Shown in pieces: positions 61,446 to 64,000 of a stretch of DNA of 64,000 nt; the stretch's first letter is position 1; the number at the start of each line of letters is the position of its first letter. The DNA comes from Podarcis liolepis. Its lineage: Eukaryota. The stretch lies in assembly GCA_965112155.1 (NCBI GenBank), contig OZ218105.1. One strand, 5' to 3'. Made by a program: the position numbers and the translations under genes. The notes beneath the pieces are model-generated. The model made no database searches. It was not told the origin of the DNA and worked only from the letters and a program-made list of their open reading frames with translations.

Positions 61446-64000
61446 TTGCTGGGCTGTTGAAGGTGGGTGGAGTGACAATGATCAGGTACAGAAGGTATGG
61501 AGGGAGAAATTAAGCTTTGGTTCCCTTGGTCCTCAGAAAAACCTCTGAAGGTGGTATTTCCTTTGGGGGCCATGGGGGTGGAGAGAATCTCCCATGGGTG
61601 CTGAAATGGGCAGGAAGAACAGCTTTGAAAGACAGATTTTCCTCAGGACCACAGCAGGAAACTCCCTCTTCATGTCTGCAGTGATCCCAATATTTACCAG
61701 TCCTCCCCTCTCCCCCACCCTGGTCCTATTTACATTTTAAAAACAACAACCTGTAAGTTAAGCTGATCTCTGGGATAAGCATATCCTATTATGCAGTCTG
61801 AGCTGTCAGCTGAAATACTAAGGTTAGCCTTGTTTTTCTTTTTTCCAGAATACCACACACACAATACTTGAATTTTGATATGCTGACAAATTCTTTAAGT
61901 TATTCCATTTCCCTCCCCAAGCTAATATGCCAACTGGGTGGCCGGAGGGAAAGGAGCCAAGAATGGACATTCTTGTAGATATTTGCTGCTTGCAGAGCAG
62001 TTCAATATCAGACGCCTGCTTCCTCAGCCGTGACTGCTTTCCATATTTTCTTTACATTTATTTTCCCCCTCCCCTGCCCTGTGACAGGTTGATATATGAA
62101 AACCAACAGTGAGGCAGCAGCACAAGGAGCGGCGGCGGCGACATGAGCTCCAGGTGTTGGGGGAAGGGAAGGAGAAGCCTACAAAATGTCTCTGCTCCGA
62201 TACATTATCACATTCCACAGAAATATTATGGTTCACGAGTCTCTTGTTTTCCAGCGTATTTTATACCACATTACAAATGTACCACTTCATCTGGAAAAGA
62301 AATAAGGGCCTGCAAGGGCAAAATATGTGGGCCAGGGCCAGGATTGCTCTAAGGCAAACCATTACAGCAAAACAACCATTTAAGATGGGAAGTTTCATTC
62401 TCTCTGTATAGATTTTTTTTTTTTAAAGCAAATTTCAGCTGAAAAGATCAGGGACCAGGAGTGCCACATGCCCATTTTTCTCAGCACAGGCTTCTTAAAC
62501 CTGCGATTATTTATTACATTTGTATACAGACCATCCAGCAAAGTTCTCCAGGAGGTTTACATAAGCTTTGAAATATAATTCGCAATGAATCAGGAAAACC
62601 AAGATAAAATAAATCACAACAGCAAAAAGCCTGGGGGGGTCATCTAAAAAGCTGCATATAACAGTGCATCTGAAATAGCCATTAAAATCAGAATAAAAAC
62701 GCAGCAAAGGAAATGGGTGGCGGGGGGGTGGACTCTAAAAGTTCCTAATATAGATGATGATTAAAAGGTCTGGGAGGAAAAGAAGGCTTGCACCTGGCAC
62801 ATGAAAGACCATAATGTACGGACCAGGTGAGCCTCTTTTCAAGGAGTGCATATTGTTAGTGTGGTGTTACTACTAAAAAGGCCCTTTCAGAATCGTGTGT
62901 GAGTGAGTGTGTGTGCACATAGTTATTTCACACACCCTGCTTCTTTGATTGGGAGCTCAAGCAACCTGCACATGGAATTCAAGTGGTCCACAACCAGGAA
63001 AGCTTACAAGACTAAACTGTGAGTTATCAGGAGTCTTGAAGGAGAGAATCTTGGCAGCAGATCTCAGATACCTTACGTCTTATGCAGCTGAGGCAGGTCT
63101 GTGAAGAAAGCATGGCTTGCCTGAGGCAAACGAATGGGTGCTTGACAGGTAATATTCAAACTAGGGAAATCCCAATCTGCAGCTGTAACAGCTCAAAATG
63201 ATACTCAACATTGCACAAAGCTCTGTTCAGGGCAGTGTCTGCGCCAAAAATTTATCCTGCATCCCCGCCTCCAACTATTCTCCATCAAGGGGGGGGGGGG
63301 GCATGAAAAATTACCAGAGAAAATTGTGGTGAAATTTTCATGGGTGTGTTATAATAGGGTTTGTGCTGCGCTTACCATACTTTTGAGGTAGTTGAAAGGT
63401 GGTTGTGAGTGTCCTTTTCTGTCATCTGCAAACCATCTCACCATTGGTCTGCACTCCCTGGTGTCTAGCCTTCATTTAAAGGCCAGGGGAAGACATGAGG
63501 TAACTCTCCCCATCAACACCAACCCAGCAGCTCTTTCAAGGGAGGAAATATAGGCAGTCAGGGAAGCTACAGAACACAGGATAAATGGCTGAGGGAAAGA
63601 AAAACACATATACCACCCCTGGCCACATTACAATGATATCATGAGCTGAAAATTCTGCACCCACCAAAATCCTGAAGTGTGATAAGAATGAGGCAGAAAA
63701 ACGAAAACCTTTCCCACAGGAGAATAAATATTTTGAGAAACACAGAGGACACAGAGGATATTTTGAGAGGACAGATTTCAGTACAGAACTAATTCATCAT
63801 GCATTTTAAAATGTTAATTGTAAGCAGCCCCTTGGACCCCAGATGCTATTTGCAATGAAGCCCTGGAAAAGCTTCAATAGAAATTGGACAATAGCAGGTA
63901 ATACCATGCAGATCTGCTTATTTTCTTGCAGATTTGTATAATTATACCCACAGTGTTTTCCTAAAATAGGCATTATGGAACGGTTTGCTCACAATTTAGA

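Noticed and set aside
62088-62153. Plus-strand exon after a long polypyrimidine tract
   Set aside because: Good acceptor but only weak donors, short ORFs, and no partner plus-strand exons found.
63376-63465. Minus-strand exon ending ATG|gtaagc as the upstream partner of exon A
   Set aside because: No convincing acceptor, and the phase-1 frame needed to join exon A contains a stop with no later ATG.

Overview
Vertebrate nuclear DNA, most likely intronic sequence of a squamate reptile. A lacertid lizard is inferred from its Sauria/Squam-type SINEs, BovB/RTE, CR1, L2 and TA-flanked MITEs; the species cannot be determined here. No complete protein-coding gene is present, and almost every ORF in the supplied track is spurious or transposon-derived. 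Three well-formed candidate exons on the minus strand (48048-47937, 10627-10490, 1260-1170) suggest the 5' part of an unidentified gene with long introns. The first two can be spliced into one short ORF that stops in the second exon, which looks like a uORF. The third has a strong-context ATG, overlapped by an ATG-TAA start-stop, leading into a hydrophobic peptide. The rest is a dense transposon landscape: several Tigger/pogo-like MITE families, hAT elements with 8-bp TSDs (including two nested stacks), L1-clade, Rex1/Babar, BovB, CR1 and L2 fragments, and SINEs with different tRNA heads on one CR1-type tail. It also holds a truncated U2 snRNA retrocopy, several hairpins and microsatellites. 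I see no clearly new multi-gene system; the findings are hypotheses ranked by interest.
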